DNA of 64,000 bases from a virus. The notes beneath the pieces are model-generated. The model saw only the letters and a program-made list of their open reading frames with translations. It did not search any database and had not been told where the DNA came from. The translations under genes were made by a program, and so were the position numbers. Shown here one piece after another: positions 37,789-48,275 of this stretch (position 1 is the first letter of the stretch; every line of letters begins with the position of its first letter). Location of the stretch: IMG/VR virus record IMGVR_UViG_3300020172_001416, positions 34,788 through 98,787 of that record. One strand, written 5' to 3'.

Positions 37789-39630
37789 ATGGCAAATGAA
37801 TTTATTGCCCGTAAAGGTCTAATAGTCCTTAATAACGGTGCAAAAATTACTGGGTCGCTTGAAGTTTCCAGTAATAGTATATTTTATGGCCCAGTCACCG
37901 CATCAGCGGGCGCCACTGGTTCATTTACCGGCTCATTTAAAGGCGACGGATCACAATTAACGGGACTCGGCAGCGACCTTCGTATTAGTGGGTCAACTGG
38001 AAATGACACGCTCAGTTTATTAACAGATACATTAACTCTTAGTGGGTCGAACGGTGTTACCACGGTAGTCACCAATAATACCGTAACTATCGGTATTCCA
38101 TTAGGAACTGTCTCCGCCTCATCACAAGTAGACCATAACGCTACCACTAATTATGTAGCAAACCAACACGTTGACCACTCAACGGTAAGTATTACAGCAG
38201 GCAATGGTTTAACTGGTGGTGGTGATATTACAACTACCCGCACGTTAACGCTTGACACGGGGTCTACTCATTTTACCGATGGTATTAAGAAAAAGCTCAA
38301 TACAGATGGAGTAGTCAGTAGTTCTGCGCAAATCGATGTCACACAAACAACAAATTATTCTACATTAGCAACTACTGGTTCAAATACCTTTACGGGTATT
38401 CAAACGATTAGTAACACCACCAATAGTACAAATTTCACTGACGGTGCTTTAATTGTTCAGGGTGGTGTTGGAATTGCAAAGAATGTAAACATTTCTGGAA
38501 GTTTGAATGTTACAGGATTATTTACTGTAACATCAATGTCTGTCCAATATGTTACATCATCCCAAGTTGTAGTTGCTGATAATGAAATTATTCTAAATGC
38601 AACAAACGCCACTAGATTTGGTGGTATGTCAGTTATTGATTCTGGTTCAGCAACTCCATTAACTGGCTCATTATATTGGGACAGTTACACCAATCGTTGG
38701 TTAGCACAAAATATCTCTGGGTCATCAATTACCAGTGGTATCGTAATCCTCGGTCCAGAAAATACTACTACCACGGGTAACGAAGCACAACTCGTTGATG
38801 GTCGTGTCGTAGTAGCAACGGAAGGAAATCACATCGATAATCGACCAGGATATTCTCCACTTCGTATTGTTGGTAATACATTACATGCAGAAGAAAATGT
38901 ATACGTAACTGGGTCACTTACCGCATCATTCTTCTCCGGCGACGGTAGTAATTTGTCGGGTATCGTTACTACCTTAATCATTTCGGGATCTGATGATACT
39001 ACAACTACAAACGGATACGTCAATCTTAAGAATGAAGCACTTATCGTCAGCGCAAGTGAAGGTATTAATCTTAGTGTTAGTAATCAAACGCTTACCATTA
39101 GTGGTGAATTAGCAAACGGAAGTAATAAGGGTGTCGCATCATTCGATGCGGCAAACTTTTCATCATCGCTTGGACATATTACCGCGTACCCGATTACCTT
39201 TAATACTGTACCACTTAATCTTGGCAGCAGTTATTCGTTTGGTCTTCAAAATATTACTCCATATGGAGCAACGACCACCGACCAACTTTCATTACAAGGT
39301 GGGGCAATCATTCAAGGTGTGTTATTCGCATCAGCAAGTAACCTTGATGTAGATACTGGCACCGAAGTAGTTGCTACTGTATCCACGGGTAGTTATGATG
39401 CAGCATTCTTTGATTATGTCATCAAGAAAACAACCAATTATCGTGCAGGCACGGTAATGGTAGTATGGGACCAAACGGGTAATGTAGAATTTACTGATAC
39501 GTCTACAAACGATTTGGGGAACACAAACGATGTCGTGTTAAGTGCAGACATTCTTTCAGGCAATGCACGACTAAAAGCAACAGTTAATTCTGATAACTGG
39601 ATAGTCAAAACCGCTGTTCGCGCATTATAA
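37789..39630 (+). CDS. Tail fibre protein
   Basis: 613 aa, T/S/G-rich; MANEFIARKGLIV N-terminus shared with the next gene; GALIVQGGVGIAKN fibre-type repeat. Confidence 0.65.
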   Translation: MANEFIARKGLIVLNNGAKITGSLEVSSNSIFYGPVTASAGATGSFTGSFKGDGSQLTGLGSDLRISGSTGNDTLSLLTDTLTLSGSNGVTTVVTNNTVTIGIPLGTVSASSQVDHNATTNYVANQHVDHSTVSITAGNGLTGGGDITTTRTLTLDTGSTHFTDGIKKKLNTDGVVSSSAQIDVTQTTNYSTLATTGSNTFTGIQTISNTTNSTNFTDGALIVQGGVGIAKNVNISGSLNVTGLFTVTSMSVQYVTSSQVVVADNEIILNATNATRFGGMSVIDSGSATPLTGSLYWDSYTNRWLAQNISGSSITSGIVILGPENTTTTGNEAQLVDGRVVVATEGNHIDNRPGYSPLRIVGNTLHAEENVYVTGSLTASFFSGDGSNLSGIVTTLIISGSDDTTTTNGYVNLKNEALIVSASEGINLSVSNQTLTISGELANGSNKGVASFDAANFSSSLGHITAYPITFNTVPLNLGSSYSFGLQNITPYGATTTDQLSLQGGAIIQGVLFASASNLDVDTGTEVVATVSTGSYDAAFFDYVIKKTTNYRAGTVMVVWDQTGNVEFTDTSTNDLGNTNDVVLSADILSGNARLKATVNSDNWIVKTAVRAL

Positions 39631-39662
39631 TATAAACCTTTGGATAATGAAGAAGGGGAATT

Positions 39663-42600
39663 ATGGCAAATGAATTCGTAGCCAGAAAGGGGCTGATAGT
39701 TTCTGGCAGTGCAAACATTACTAATGCGGTCACCGCATCATATTTTAAGGGAGATGGTAGTCAACTAACCAATCTTCCAACGGCCTCCATACCGCCAGGT
39801 GTGGTATCGTCGTCTGCGCAAATTGATGTTCGTAATACCACCGGTATTCAGACGATTGCCACTACGGGGTCAAATACCTTTAGAGGTAATCAAATTGTTA
39901 CCGGTAGTTTGAACATTACGGGGTCAACCACACAAATTGGTAATAATATATTAGCAGGAAACACACTATTATCGGGAACATTGATAGTATCAAGTGCGCT
40001 CGGGGTTACCGATCCGTCCGTACATATATACGGCGACCTACAAGAAACAGGATATATACGATTCAATCCTACGACTACAAATATTGATTTAGGTATTAGT
40101 GCATCCTACATCTACGTCAGTGGGTCAACCAATGACTTATATTTCACACAAAATGGAAGCGGATTCCTTAACACCACACGGTTACGGTGGTTAGAATCAA
40201 ATTTATATACGGGTTTGCTAAATGGTGGTGTTATGTCGTCTTCGTTGGGGTCAACGACATTTAGTATCACGTCGGGGTCTGGTCTTATCGTTACACAAAA
40301 TGCAAGTCTTGCAAATGAACCGTACCCCGCAGTAAAATATGTCGTATGGGGAAATAAGACAAATGTTCCTATCACGTACTCGGGTTCCGCAAAGATTACC
40401 TACGTTGGATTAGATAGTAATGGCGATGTGGTACAACAAACCGCCGCGTGGGGGTCAACAAATATCGACCAATGGGATACAGAAATCTTCCTCGGGGTAG
40501 TATTGCATTTAAGTGGTAGTGTATCCACTGGGGTGTTTAATTCCCCACAAATTTCCTATGGTGGATTTCAAAAGAATGATGACTTTATTAGAGCATTCGG
40601 TCCATTAAAGGTAACGGGGCATACACTAACCGCAAGTGGGTCAAGTTTAGGAATTAATCGAACCGCAGGAACGGCATTCCGTGAGGGCTCAAATTATACA
40701 ATTAATGCAAACCACCCATCCACGGTTGTAGAAGCTGCAACGACGACCTCAAAAATTTATCGGTATTACCTATCCGGATCCACACCAATCATTGATACAG
40801 GCGTTAGCGCAGTAGGATATACGGTCATTGACCCAACACAATATGTAAACGTTGCTACGGGGCAATTAACCACGGTAACAGGAACTAGTCCAGCTACAAA
40901 TCACTGGACTGTTCAACGTGTATTCTGGGTTCCAAACTCCCCAACAAGTGCATTTATTGTTTATTACGGTAATGCAGAATATGCCACGCTACTTGACGCA
41001 CGGAATGGTATTGATACCGAACCGTTCTCGGAAGCACCGAATACGGCACTCAATGCAATATTCTTAGGTTATTTAATCGTTAGAAAAGATTGTACCAATT
41101 TAACAGATAGTGCAACGTCAGCAATCGTGCAAGGCGGCATTTTTCGTAGTGTTGGTGGTATAGGAGCATCTGGTGTTACCCCAGCATCAACCACACTATC
41201 TTCACTATCTGATGTAGGAATTATAAGCCCTACCGTTGGTGACTTGTTAGTATATGATGGTGCTATATGGCATAATACCAAGACGCTGAATGGAAATTAC
41301 ATATTGACAGGTAGTTTGACTACGAACGATGGTATTACGTCCGTATCGGTTACCAGTTCTTTGTATGGTACCAGTAGTTGGGCAGTTTCCGCATCACAAG
41401 CACTTACTGCCTCGTACGCATTAAACGCGGGTGGCTCTGGATTCCCATTCTCTGGGAGTGCGGTTATCACGGGGTCACTATTAGTATCACAAAGTGGCAT
41501 CGTAGTTACGGGGTCACTAAACGTTTCCGAAGGTATTACAGGATCATTGTTTGGGACCAGTAGTTTTGCAGTATCTGCTTCTTATGCACAAACTGCATCA
41601 TTTGCCCTAACTCCACAAGGACCACAAGGCCGACAAGGCCCGCAAGGCAATCAAGGCCCACAGGGCAACCAAGGCCCTCAAGGGAATCAAGGTAATCAAG
41701 GTCCACAAGGCAATCAGGGTCCGCAAGGTAACCAAGGCCCAACCGGAAATACAGGTGGCACTGGTCCGCAAGGTAATCAAGGACCAACGGGGGTAACGGG
41801 GTCACAAGGCAATCAGGGTCCGCAAGGTAATCAAGGACCGCAAGGTAACCAAGGACCGCAAGGCAATCAAGGACCAAGTGGACAACAAGGTAATCAAGGG
41901 CCGCAGGGACTTGGGGCACAAGGTAATCAAGGTCCGCAGGGTAGTACCGGTCCGCAAGGAAACCAAGGCCCACAAGGAAACCAAGGACCAACCGGACCGC
42001 AAGGCAATCAAGGCCCGCAAGGCAATCAAGGCCCACAAGGTAATCAAGGCCCACAAGGGCGCCAAGGCCCACAAGGCAATCAAGGCCCACAAGGCAATCA
42101 AGGCCCACAAGGAAACCAAGGACCAACTGGACCTCAAGGTAATCAAGGACCAACCGGTGGCACGGGTAGTACTGGACCACAAGGGAACCAGGGTCCGTTA
42201 GGTCCACAAGGTAATTTAGGTCCACAAGGGAACCAAGGTCCAACCGGAAATACAGGTGGTACCGGTCCACAAGGAAACCAAGGTCCAAGTGGTGCTACTG
42301 GACCACAAGGTAACCAAGGACCGCAAGGGTTAGGCCCACAAGGAAACCAAGGTCCAACCGGCGGTACAGGTCCAACCGGACCACAAGGCCGCCAAGGCCC
42401 GCAAGGCAATCAAGGCCCACAAGGTAATCAAGGCCCAACCGGACCACAAGGAAACCAAGGACCAACAGGACCACAAGGAAATTTGGGACCACAAGGGCGC
42501 CAAGGCCCACAAGGCAATCAAGGACCAACCGGAAATACAGGTGGCACTGGTCCACAAGGCAATCAAGGACCAACCGGCGGTACAGGCCCAACCGGACCAC

Positions 42601-43217
42601 AAGGTAATCAAGGACCAACCGGCGGTACAGGCCCAGCCGGACCGCAAGGCAATCAAGGCCCAACCGGACCAACCGGCGGTACAGGTCCAACCGGACCACA
42701 AGGCCGCCAAGGCCCGCAGGGGAACCAAGGTCCAACCGGAAATACAGGTGGCACTGGTCCACAAGGCAATCAAGGCCCAACCGGACCACAAGGTGCAGCT
42801 GGTGGATTTACTACAAGCTCTAACGCCCAAGTAAACTCTTTAGGCGTTGGCACAGCTGCATCGGGTACGGCTGGTAATATTCGTGCAACTAACGACATTG
42901 TTGCCTACTATTCATCAGATGCTAGATTAAAGAAAAATAAGCAAGTTATTGCCAGTGCAATTGAAAAGATTCGTCAATTGGGTGGATATGAGTTTGATTG
43001 GATACCGATGGAAGGTATTCACGAAAACTATGGTCACGACATCGGTGTTATCGCTCAAGAAATTGAAAGAGTCATTCCTGAAGTCGTTATCACCAGAGAA
43101 AATGGGTATATGGCCGTTCGTTATGAAAAGATTGTCGCCCTATTAATTCAAGCAATCAAGGAATTAGACCTAGAAATTGAAAAATTAAAGAATAAGGACT
43201 TGACAACAGACGAGTAA
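39663..43217 (+). CDS. Tail fibre with collagen triple-helix domain and C-terminal S74 intramolecular chaperone
   Basis: [11 protein letters not shown]-terminus; long (Gly-X-Y)n; [11 protein letters not shown] autocleavage motif followed by GVIAQEIE and [16 protein letters not shown]. Confidence 0.85.
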   Translation: MANEFVARKGLIVSGSANITNAVTASYFKGDGSQLTNLPTASIPPGVVSSSAQIDVRNTTGIQTIATTGSNTFRGNQIVTGSLNITGSTTQIGNNILAGNTLLSGTLIVSSALGVTDPSVHIYGDLQETGYIRFNPTTTNIDLGISASYIYVSGSTNDLYFTQNGSGFLNTTRLRWLESNLYTGLLNGGVMSSSLGSTTFSITSGSGLIVTQNASLANEPYPAVKYVVWGNKTNVPITYSGSAKITYVGLDSNGDVVQQTAAWGSTNIDQWDTEIFLGVVLHLSGSVSTGVFNSPQISYGGFQKNDDFIRAFGPLKVTGHTLTASGSSLGINRTAGTAFREGSNYTINANHPSTVVEAATTTSKIYRYYLSGSTPIIDTGVSAVGYTVIDPTQYVNVATGQLTTVTGTSPATNHWTVQRVFWVPNSPTSAFIVYYGNAEYATLLDARNGIDTEPFSEAPNTALNAIFLGYLIVRKDCTNLTDSATSAIVQGGIFRSVGGIGASGVTPASTTLSSLSDVGIISPTVGDLLVYDGAIWHNTKTLNGNYILTGSLTTNDGITSVSVTSSLYGTSSWAVSASQALTASYALNAGGSGFPFSGSAVITGSLLVSQSGIVVTGSLNVSEGITGSLFGTSSFAVSASYAQTASFALTPQGPQGRQGPQGNQGPQGNQGPQGNQGNQGPQGNQGPQGNQGPTGNTGGTGPQGNQGPTGVTGSQGNQGPQGNQGPQGNQGPQGNQGPSGQQGNQGPQGLGAQGNQGPQGSTGPQGNQGPQGNQGPTGPQGNQGPQGNQGPQGNQGPQGRQGPQGNQGPQGNQGPQGNQGPTGPQGNQGPTGGTGSTGPQGNQGPLGPQGNLGPQGNQGPTGNTGGTGPQGNQGPSGATGPQGNQGPQGLGPQGNQGPTGGTGPTGPQGRQGPQGNQGPQGNQGPTGPQGNQGPTGPQGNLGPQGRQGPQGNQGPTGNTGGTGPQGNQGPTGGTGPTGPQGNQGPTGGTGPAGPQGNQGPTGPTGGTGPTGPQGRQGPQGNQGPTGNTGGTGPQGNQGPTGPQGAAGGFTTSSNAQVNSLGVGTAASGTAGNIRATNDIVAYYSSDARLKKNKQVIASAIEKIRQLGGYEFDWIPMEGIHENYGHDIGVIAQEIERVIPEVVITRENGYMAVRYEKIVALLIQAIKELDLEIEKLKNKDLTTDE
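41619..42800 (+). repeat. Collagen-coding 9/18-bp tandem repeat (GPQ-GNQ, with GPT/GGT/GNT variants)
   Basis: 394 codons, equal to 130 Gly-X-Y triplets plus two Gly-Leu interruptions; DNA unit approximately GGNCCRCAA-GGNAAYCAA. Confidence 0.95.
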
Positions 43218-43228
43218 AGGTGTATACT
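43200..43228 (+). promoter_or_regulatory. Sigma70-type promoter of the oxygenase/glycosyltransferase cassette
   Basis: TTGACA (43200-43205), N17, TATACT (43223-43228). Confidence 0.8.
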
Positions 43229-43257
43229 AAATAGGTTACAACGCATAAGGACTATAA

Positions 43258-43308
43258 ATGAGTTATATTACAATAAAAATAAACACACGTATTCATACTG
43301 CCATATGA
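43258..43308 (+). CDS. Putative leader peptide MSYITIKINTRIHTAI
   Basis: 16 codons, SD TAAGGA 6 nt upstream; the stop codon lies in the 5' arm of a long hairpin. Confidence 0.45.
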   Translation: MSYITIKINTRIHTAI

Positions 43309-43345
43309 GAATTTCTTATATGTTGGTATGAATACGTTTTGTTTT
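43281..43345 (+). terminator. Long leader hairpin with U-rich tail (attenuator/terminator or RNase III site)
   Basis: Perfect 12-bp arms ACGTATTCATAC (43287-43298) and GTATGAATACGT (43326-43337), an inner stem with G-U pairs, followed by a T-rich tract (TTTGTTTT). Confidence 0.65.
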
Positions 43346-43365
43346 ACACCAATTAAGGAGTTTCT

Positions 43366-44307
43366 ATGAAAGACATTATGAATCATTTTACTAATGTTAA
43401 CGGTATCTTGTGGTATATGGATTCGCTAGAAGTTAACGGAAGTGCGCTGACATTCAAAGGATGGCTGGCTCACACAGAACAAGCTATCAGCTCGATAACA
43501 CTTAATAACCAACCAATCCTTACGACCATCGGATTTCGACCAGATGTGGTTAAGGTGTATCCATTTTTAAAGACACCCCACGTTGGCGTCGAAGTAACAA
43601 TCGATAGAAATCAAATCAAGGATTCCGTAGGACTTATTTTAGCGGACGGGTCAACGGTTCAGAATATTGGTACATTTGAGAAGTGGGCGATATTTTATTC
43701 TGGATTTAATCCGATACAAAAGAAAGGGGTCGTAGTCGTCGATAACTTCTACGACAATCCAGATTGGATTCGTTCATTCGCAATGAATAATTTGACATTC
43801 GCTGGTTCGGATTATCATCGGGGTAAGCGTAGTGAAGAACGTTTCATTCTAAACGGAACGAAGGAAGCTTTCGAGCGTATCTTAGGTAAAGAAATTATTA
43901 ATTGGAATGACCCGTCATATGCAAATGGAAAGTTCCAATACTGCACATCAACAGACCCGATTGTATACCACGTTGACACACAAACATACGCTGCGATGGT
44001 ATACCTCACGCCTGATGCCCCATTAAACTCTGGAACCGCAACGTATCGTAGTAAGATTACGGGAGCAACCCGATTTGACAACTATGATGACAATCCAGAA
44101 CTGTATGAACGTACATTTAAGGGTCGGTCAAGTCAAATGAATTTCTACGACAATAGTACCTACGAATTAGTTGATAGTATTGCAAACGTGTATAACCGAT
44201 TGGTAATGTTCGATGCAAAGACGTTACATGCTGCTACTAACTACTTTGGTGATAGTATTGAAACCGCTCGATTCTTCCAACTGTTCTTCTTTGATGTAGC
44301 GTGGTAA
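43366..44307 (+). CDS. 2OG-Fe(II) oxygenase-like protein with an N-terminal beta-rich domain
   Basis: VVDNFYDNPD, HVD (HxD), YLTPDAP..SGT, NRLVMFD, LHAA and RFFQLFFF motifs; SD AAGGAG. Confidence 0.75.
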   Translation: MKDIMNHFTNVNGILWYMDSLEVNGSALTFKGWLAHTEQAISSITLNNQPILTTIGFRPDVVKVYPFLKTPHVGVEVTIDRNQIKDSVGLILADGSTVQNIGTFEKWAIFYSGFNPIQKKGVVVVDNFYDNPDWIRSFAMNNLTFAGSDYHRGKRSEERFILNGTKEAFERILGKEIINWNDPSYANGKFQYCTSTDPIVYHVDTQTYAAMVYLTPDAPLNSGTATYRSKITGATRFDNYDDNPELYERTFKGRSSQMNFYDNSTYELVDSIANVYNRLVMFDAKTLHAATNYFGDSIETARFFQLFFFDVAW

Positions 44308-44308
44308 A

Positions 44309-45127
44309 ATGCAGGTAATTGATTGTGTTATCTTTTCGGACGAGGTTGATTTACTAAAGAAGCGTCTGGCATATTACGATGACAAAGTAGACCAGTTTGT
44401 AATATGTGAAGCAGACAAAAACTTTTATGGGGAAGATAGAGAATTGGTATTTCCCACAATTCGTGACGAACTAAAAAATAAAGACAAAATAACATATTTG
44501 GTTAATCGTGAGTTTGAACACGTATCAAAAGGGATTGAATATACGTGGCCACAAGGTCCGTGGGTAAATGAATGGAAGTTACGAGAACAGCTTAATTCAT
44601 TTATCGCCGACCAACTGGACGATGATATTATCATTATAAGTGACACGGATGAGTTTTACGACAAGCGGTTCATATATGACCACGGAAAGCCGGTCACGTT
44701 TATGATGACAAACAATTACTTTTATATAAATTACGTAGGTAATAAAACGACAATACCAGGCCCGCAATTATTTACTAAAAAGAATTATTATGATTTCGTG
44801 GGTACAGAATTTGAATATTATTCGGCACATTTAAATTCTGTGCAAGGGATGAGAAACAGTCCAATGTCGGGATTTAAGAAGATTATTTATGATGCAGCGT
44901 GGCATTTCAGTTATTTGGGTGGGTTACCATCTATACGAAAGAAATTAAACAACTTTTCTCATTCTGAGCTAATGCACTATCAAAATCAGCCAGATGAGTA
45001 TTTCTTAGATAAGATTTCAAAGTTTGAAGATATTTTTGGTAGACCCGTAACGTATGGAATCAAAGATAACTTGACGCAAGAGCTTAAAGAATTATTTAAT
45101 ACGCCAGAGTATTATTATTCAGTATAA
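44309..45127 (+). CDS. Glycosyltransferase, GT17-like (beta-1,4-GlcNAc transferase family)
   Basis: IDCVIFSDEVDLLKKRL, VDQFVICE, ISDTDE (DxD) and WHFSYLGG...KKLNNFSHSE motifs. Confidence 0.75.
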   Translation: MQVIDCVIFSDEVDLLKKRLAYYDDKVDQFVICEADKNFYGEDRELVFPTIRDELKNKDKITYLVNREFEHVSKGIEYTWPQGPWVNEWKLREQLNSFIADQLDDDIIIISDTDEFYDKRFIYDHGKPVTFMMTNNYFYINYVGNKTTIPGPQLFTKKNYYDFVGTEFEYYSAHLNSVQGMRNSPMSGFKKIIYDAAWHFSYLGGLPSIRKKLNNFSHSELMHYQNQPDEYFLDKISKFEDIFGRPVTYGIKDNLTQELKELFNTPEYYYSV

Positions 45128-45134
45128 GGAGAGC

Positions 45135-46955
45135 ATGGTGTTAAAATTACATTTATTTACTAGATGTACTCGGTTACATAATCTAGAAAAAATTAAACAA
45201 ACGGTATTTCCAAGCCCATTTGATGTGGTTTGGCATTTGTTATTTGATACTACTACACTTAAGGATATTGATGCGGAGCTGTTAAACCGACTGCAAAATA
45301 ACCAAACACGGTTTTATTTTCTTAAAAGTAATGGGACTGATTATCTTTATCCGCAAATCAGTACGATAGTGGCGGGGGTTGAAGAAGGATTCGTCTCAAT
45401 TCTAGATGATGATAACATCCTACACCCAGACTTCTATACTGAATTACTGGAAGCGATTCAACAAAATCCAACCAAGAAAGGATTTGTGTTTGAACAATAT
45501 GTCGGTGGAAATGATTTTACGGGATTAGAGATTCGTAAGGTAGGCCCAGAACATATGAAGCTCCGTCATATAGATTCTGCCCAATATGCCTTACATACAT
45601 CTCTGTATAGTCTAAAAACATATGAAGGTGGGTATGATGCGGACGGTCGATTTATTGAACCTTTATATAATCTTGTACCCGATGAGTTTCACTTTATCCA
45701 CAAGGTACTGTGTTTTTACAACTACTTAACAGCTGTCAAGAAAGCTAGAGTACCAAAGGTATTATATATTGGTCCTGATGAGCCAAAGCTTGAAAGTATA
45801 AATTACTTGGGGTACGAAGATGTTAGTTTAGATGTCACGTACGCCAAGGATGATGCACAGTTAAACAATATTTTAATAAACGTCAAACCCGATTCTATTA
45901 TTACCGTATCGGATGATTATAAAAAGTTTCCAAATCTGTGTTATTCAAATTTAGAAGTACGTAAAAAGTGGATGACTGTTCCTCCAACGCAACAGAATAT
46001 CGGAGATATCGCATATAATTGTGCGATGAATCAAATGCTTGAACAAAGTAATGAACATTTGATTTCGTACTTTACTCCAATTTATAACACAGGAACTAAG
46101 CTAGTCCGAACATACGAATCGTTGAAAGAGCAAACCTATCAAAATTGGGAATGGGTGATGGTTAACGATTCATCCGATGGTGGTAAGACGTTAAAAATCG
46201 CAGAGCAAATCGCAGCACAAGACCCCAGAGTTAGAGTATATGATTTTAGAGAAAAGACCAAGGGAATCATTGGGGAATCAAAATATAGAGCTGCGTGTTT
46301 GACTCGGGGTAAGTGGCTCGCAGAACTGGACCACGACGACTTATTAACCGACAACTGTTCGATGGATGTGATGAATGCAGCAAATAAGTTTCCCGATGCT
46401 GGATTTATTTATAATGATAGCGTCGAAGTAACCGAAGATTGGGTATCGCTTACATATGGGGAAGGATTCTCTCTTGGGTATGGCACGTATAGAAAAGTTA
46501 ATTATCGGGGATGTAATTGGGATGTTGCTTTAACCTCGAACATCAACCCAAAAACAATTCGTCATATTGTTGGAGTACCGAACCACGTACGAGTATGGCG
46601 TCGTGATGTGTACTTCGCCGTCGGTGGTCACAATAGAGACTTGGCTATAGCAGATGATTATGAATTGATTGTACGAACATTTCTACACACTAAATTTGTA
46701 AAGATACCAAAGCTCGGATACATTCAGTTTATTTATAATAATCACACGGGTCAGAATACACACGATTTGTCGAGGGCAGATATTCAACGTAGAGTTAGAA
46801 CAATTATGTATCATTATAATGCTAGGATTGCACAAAGATTCGCAGAACTTGGCGTAGACGATTATCCATATCGAATCAACCCAAATGACCCGTTAAGCGT
46901 ACCAAGTCGATTTGGAACAGAAGAAAACTTTGTAAATTACATTTACGAGGATTAA
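45135..46955 (+). CDS. Glycosyltransferase with two GT-A (GT2-like) domains
   Basis: N-terminal domain LDDDN, IDSAQ, ADGRF; C-terminal domain FTPIYN, QTYQNWEWVMVNDSS, ELDHDD and ADDYEL. Confidence 0.8.
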   Translation: MVLKLHLFTRCTRLHNLEKIKQTVFPSPFDVVWHLLFDTTTLKDIDAELLNRLQNNQTRFYFLKSNGTDYLYPQISTIVAGVEEGFVSILDDDNILHPDFYTELLEAIQQNPTKKGFVFEQYVGGNDFTGLEIRKVGPEHMKLRHIDSAQYALHTSLYSLKTYEGGYDADGRFIEPLYNLVPDEFHFIHKVLCFYNYLTAVKKARVPKVLYIGPDEPKLESINYLGYEDVSLDVTYAKDDAQLNNILINVKPDSIITVSDDYKKFPNLCYSNLEVRKKWMTVPPTQQNIGDIAYNCAMNQMLEQSNEHLISYFTPIYNTGTKLVRTYESLKEQTYQNWEWVMVNDSSDGGKTLKIAEQIAAQDPRVRVYDFREKTKGIIGESKYRAACLTRGKWLAELDHDDLLTDNCSMDVMNAANKFPDAGFIYNDSVEVTEDWVSLTYGEGFSLGYGTYRKVNYRGCNWDVALTSNINPKTIRHIVGVPNHVRVWRRDVYFAVGGHNRDLAIADDYELIVRTFLHTKFVKIPKLGYIQFIYNNHTGQNTHDLSRADIQRRVRTIMYHYNARIAQRFAELGVDDYPYRINPNDPLSVPSRFGTEENFVNYIYED

Positions 46956-46956
46956 A

Positions 46957-47619
46957 ATGTACTCTATCGTTATACCCACGATGTGGAAGCAGCACCTAGG
47001 ACGATTTAGAGAAGTGCTAGTTGATTTAAATAATAGCAGTTTGGTTAATGAAATTATTTTGATAGATAATGATTCGAATTCTTGCCCAACTGAAATGTTA
47101 ACGGGTTTAAGTAAATTACAGTATAACAAGCAAATAGAAAATATATATGTAAACCCAGCGTGGAACTTAGGAGTTGATATCTCTACGAGTGAATATGTGA
47201 TGATTCTAAACGACGATGTATGGTGCAATCCATCGATACCATATATATTAACTGCACATCAATCGCACGCTGATAAAGAAAACGGAATCTACGGATTATC
47301 TACGAGTTGCTTTTTATGTGAAGATATGATTACGGATGTCCACAATACGGAAATTCAAGTAGTCAATACAGAAGGTCGAGGTACGGGGTGGGGGTGTTTA
47401 TTTATGTTTAAGCGAGACAGATGGACGCCTATCCCAAATGAATTAAAAGTCTGGTTTGGTGATGATTTTATAACCAGAGAGTTTACAAAACGTAGTGATG
47501 TAGTGTATTCAATTAAAAATGTTTGTGTAACGGAATGGTCGATCACCTCTAGATTACCTGAATTTACCCCGATTACTGAAAACGACAAGGAAATATATTT
47601 TTCTAAATATTCTAACTAA
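46957..47619 (+). CDS. Glycosyltransferase, GT2-like
   Basis: SIVIPT, IILIDN, VNPAWNLG, ILNDD, GCLF and WFGDDF motifs. Confidence 0.8.
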   Translation: MYSIVIPTMWKQHLGRFREVLVDLNNSSLVNEIILIDNDSNSCPTEMLTGLSKLQYNKQIENIYVNPAWNLGVDISTSEYVMILNDDVWCNPSIPYILTAHQSHADKENGIYGLSTSCFLCEDMITDVHNTEIQVVNTEGRGTGWGCLFMFKRDRWTPIPNELKVWFGDDFITREFTKRSDVVYSIKNVCVTEWSITSRLPEFTPITENDKEIYFSKYSN

Positions 47620-47629
47620 GGAGTTATTT

Positions 47630-48214
47630 ATGCAAAACACTTTTATTTTCCCAAAAAAGCACGTAGATTCACAGAACTACTACTGGTTTGACAAAGGGTT
47701 TAGTGACCAAGAGCTTGATAAGATTTATCGGGAAGTTGGCGAAATCCCATTCCAAGAAGCAACCACTGCTGGTGGGAATAAGCAAATCCGCTCATCATCT
47801 ATTAAGTGGGTTCCCCAAACTGAAAAGTGGGAATGGCTATATGATAAGTTAATGCGGATGGCTGTCGAAGCTAATGATGTACTTTGGAACTTCGATTTAC
47901 ATACCGCACCAGAAGGAATTCAATACACCGAATACCACGCTTCTGCTGGTGGTCATTATGGATGGCACCAAGACATCGGACCTGGCATGTTATCACTTCG
48001 AAAGGTGTCTATTACCGTACAATTAGCTGCTCCAGATGAATATGAAGGCGGTGATTTAGAAATCTGGCAGGGTGGAGATGGTCCACTTCAAGCCCCACGG
48101 GGTCGTGGAAATGTGGTTATTTTCCCATCCTATATGATGCACCGGGTTGCCCCAGTCACTAAGGGAACTCGTCGGTCCTTCGTATTGTGGCTTGGTGGTG
48201 ACCATTATCGGTAA
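47630..48214 (+). CDS. 2OG-Fe(II) oxygenase (prolyl-hydroxylase/PKHD-like)
   Basis: IRSS, QYTEY, WHQD (HxD), RKVSITVQL, YEGGDL, FPS..HRV.PVTKG.RRSFVLW motifs. Confidence 0.85.
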   Translation: MQNTFIFPKKHVDSQNYYWFDKGFSDQELDKIYREVGEIPFQEATTAGGNKQIRSSSIKWVPQTEKWEWLYDKLMRMAVEANDVLWNFDLHTAPEGIQYTEYHASAGGHYGWHQDIGPGMLSLRKVSITVQLAAPDEYEGGDLEIWQGGDGPLQAPRGRGNVVIFPSYMMHRVAPVTKGTRRSFVLWLGGDHYR

Positions 48215-48240
48215 AATTTGTCTATTATTGGTTAAATTAG

Positions 48241-48249
48241 ATATTTATA
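48241..48249 (+). promoter_or_regulatory. Putative late promoter motif ATATTTATA
   Basis: Recurring motif located where structural genes resume. Confidence 0.55.
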
Positions 48250-48275
48250 GTGGTACCTTTCCATAAGAGACATAC

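Noticed and set aside
41619-42800. Possible CRISPR array or DGR-type repeat
   Set aside because: Units are 9/18 bp, in frame, vary mainly at synonymous positions and have no unique spacers; no cas or reverse transcriptase gene is in the window.
41536-42834. Several long minus-strand and alternate-frame ORFs over the collagen region
   Set aside because: They are by-products of a stop-poor tandem repeat, with no SD or independent coding signal.
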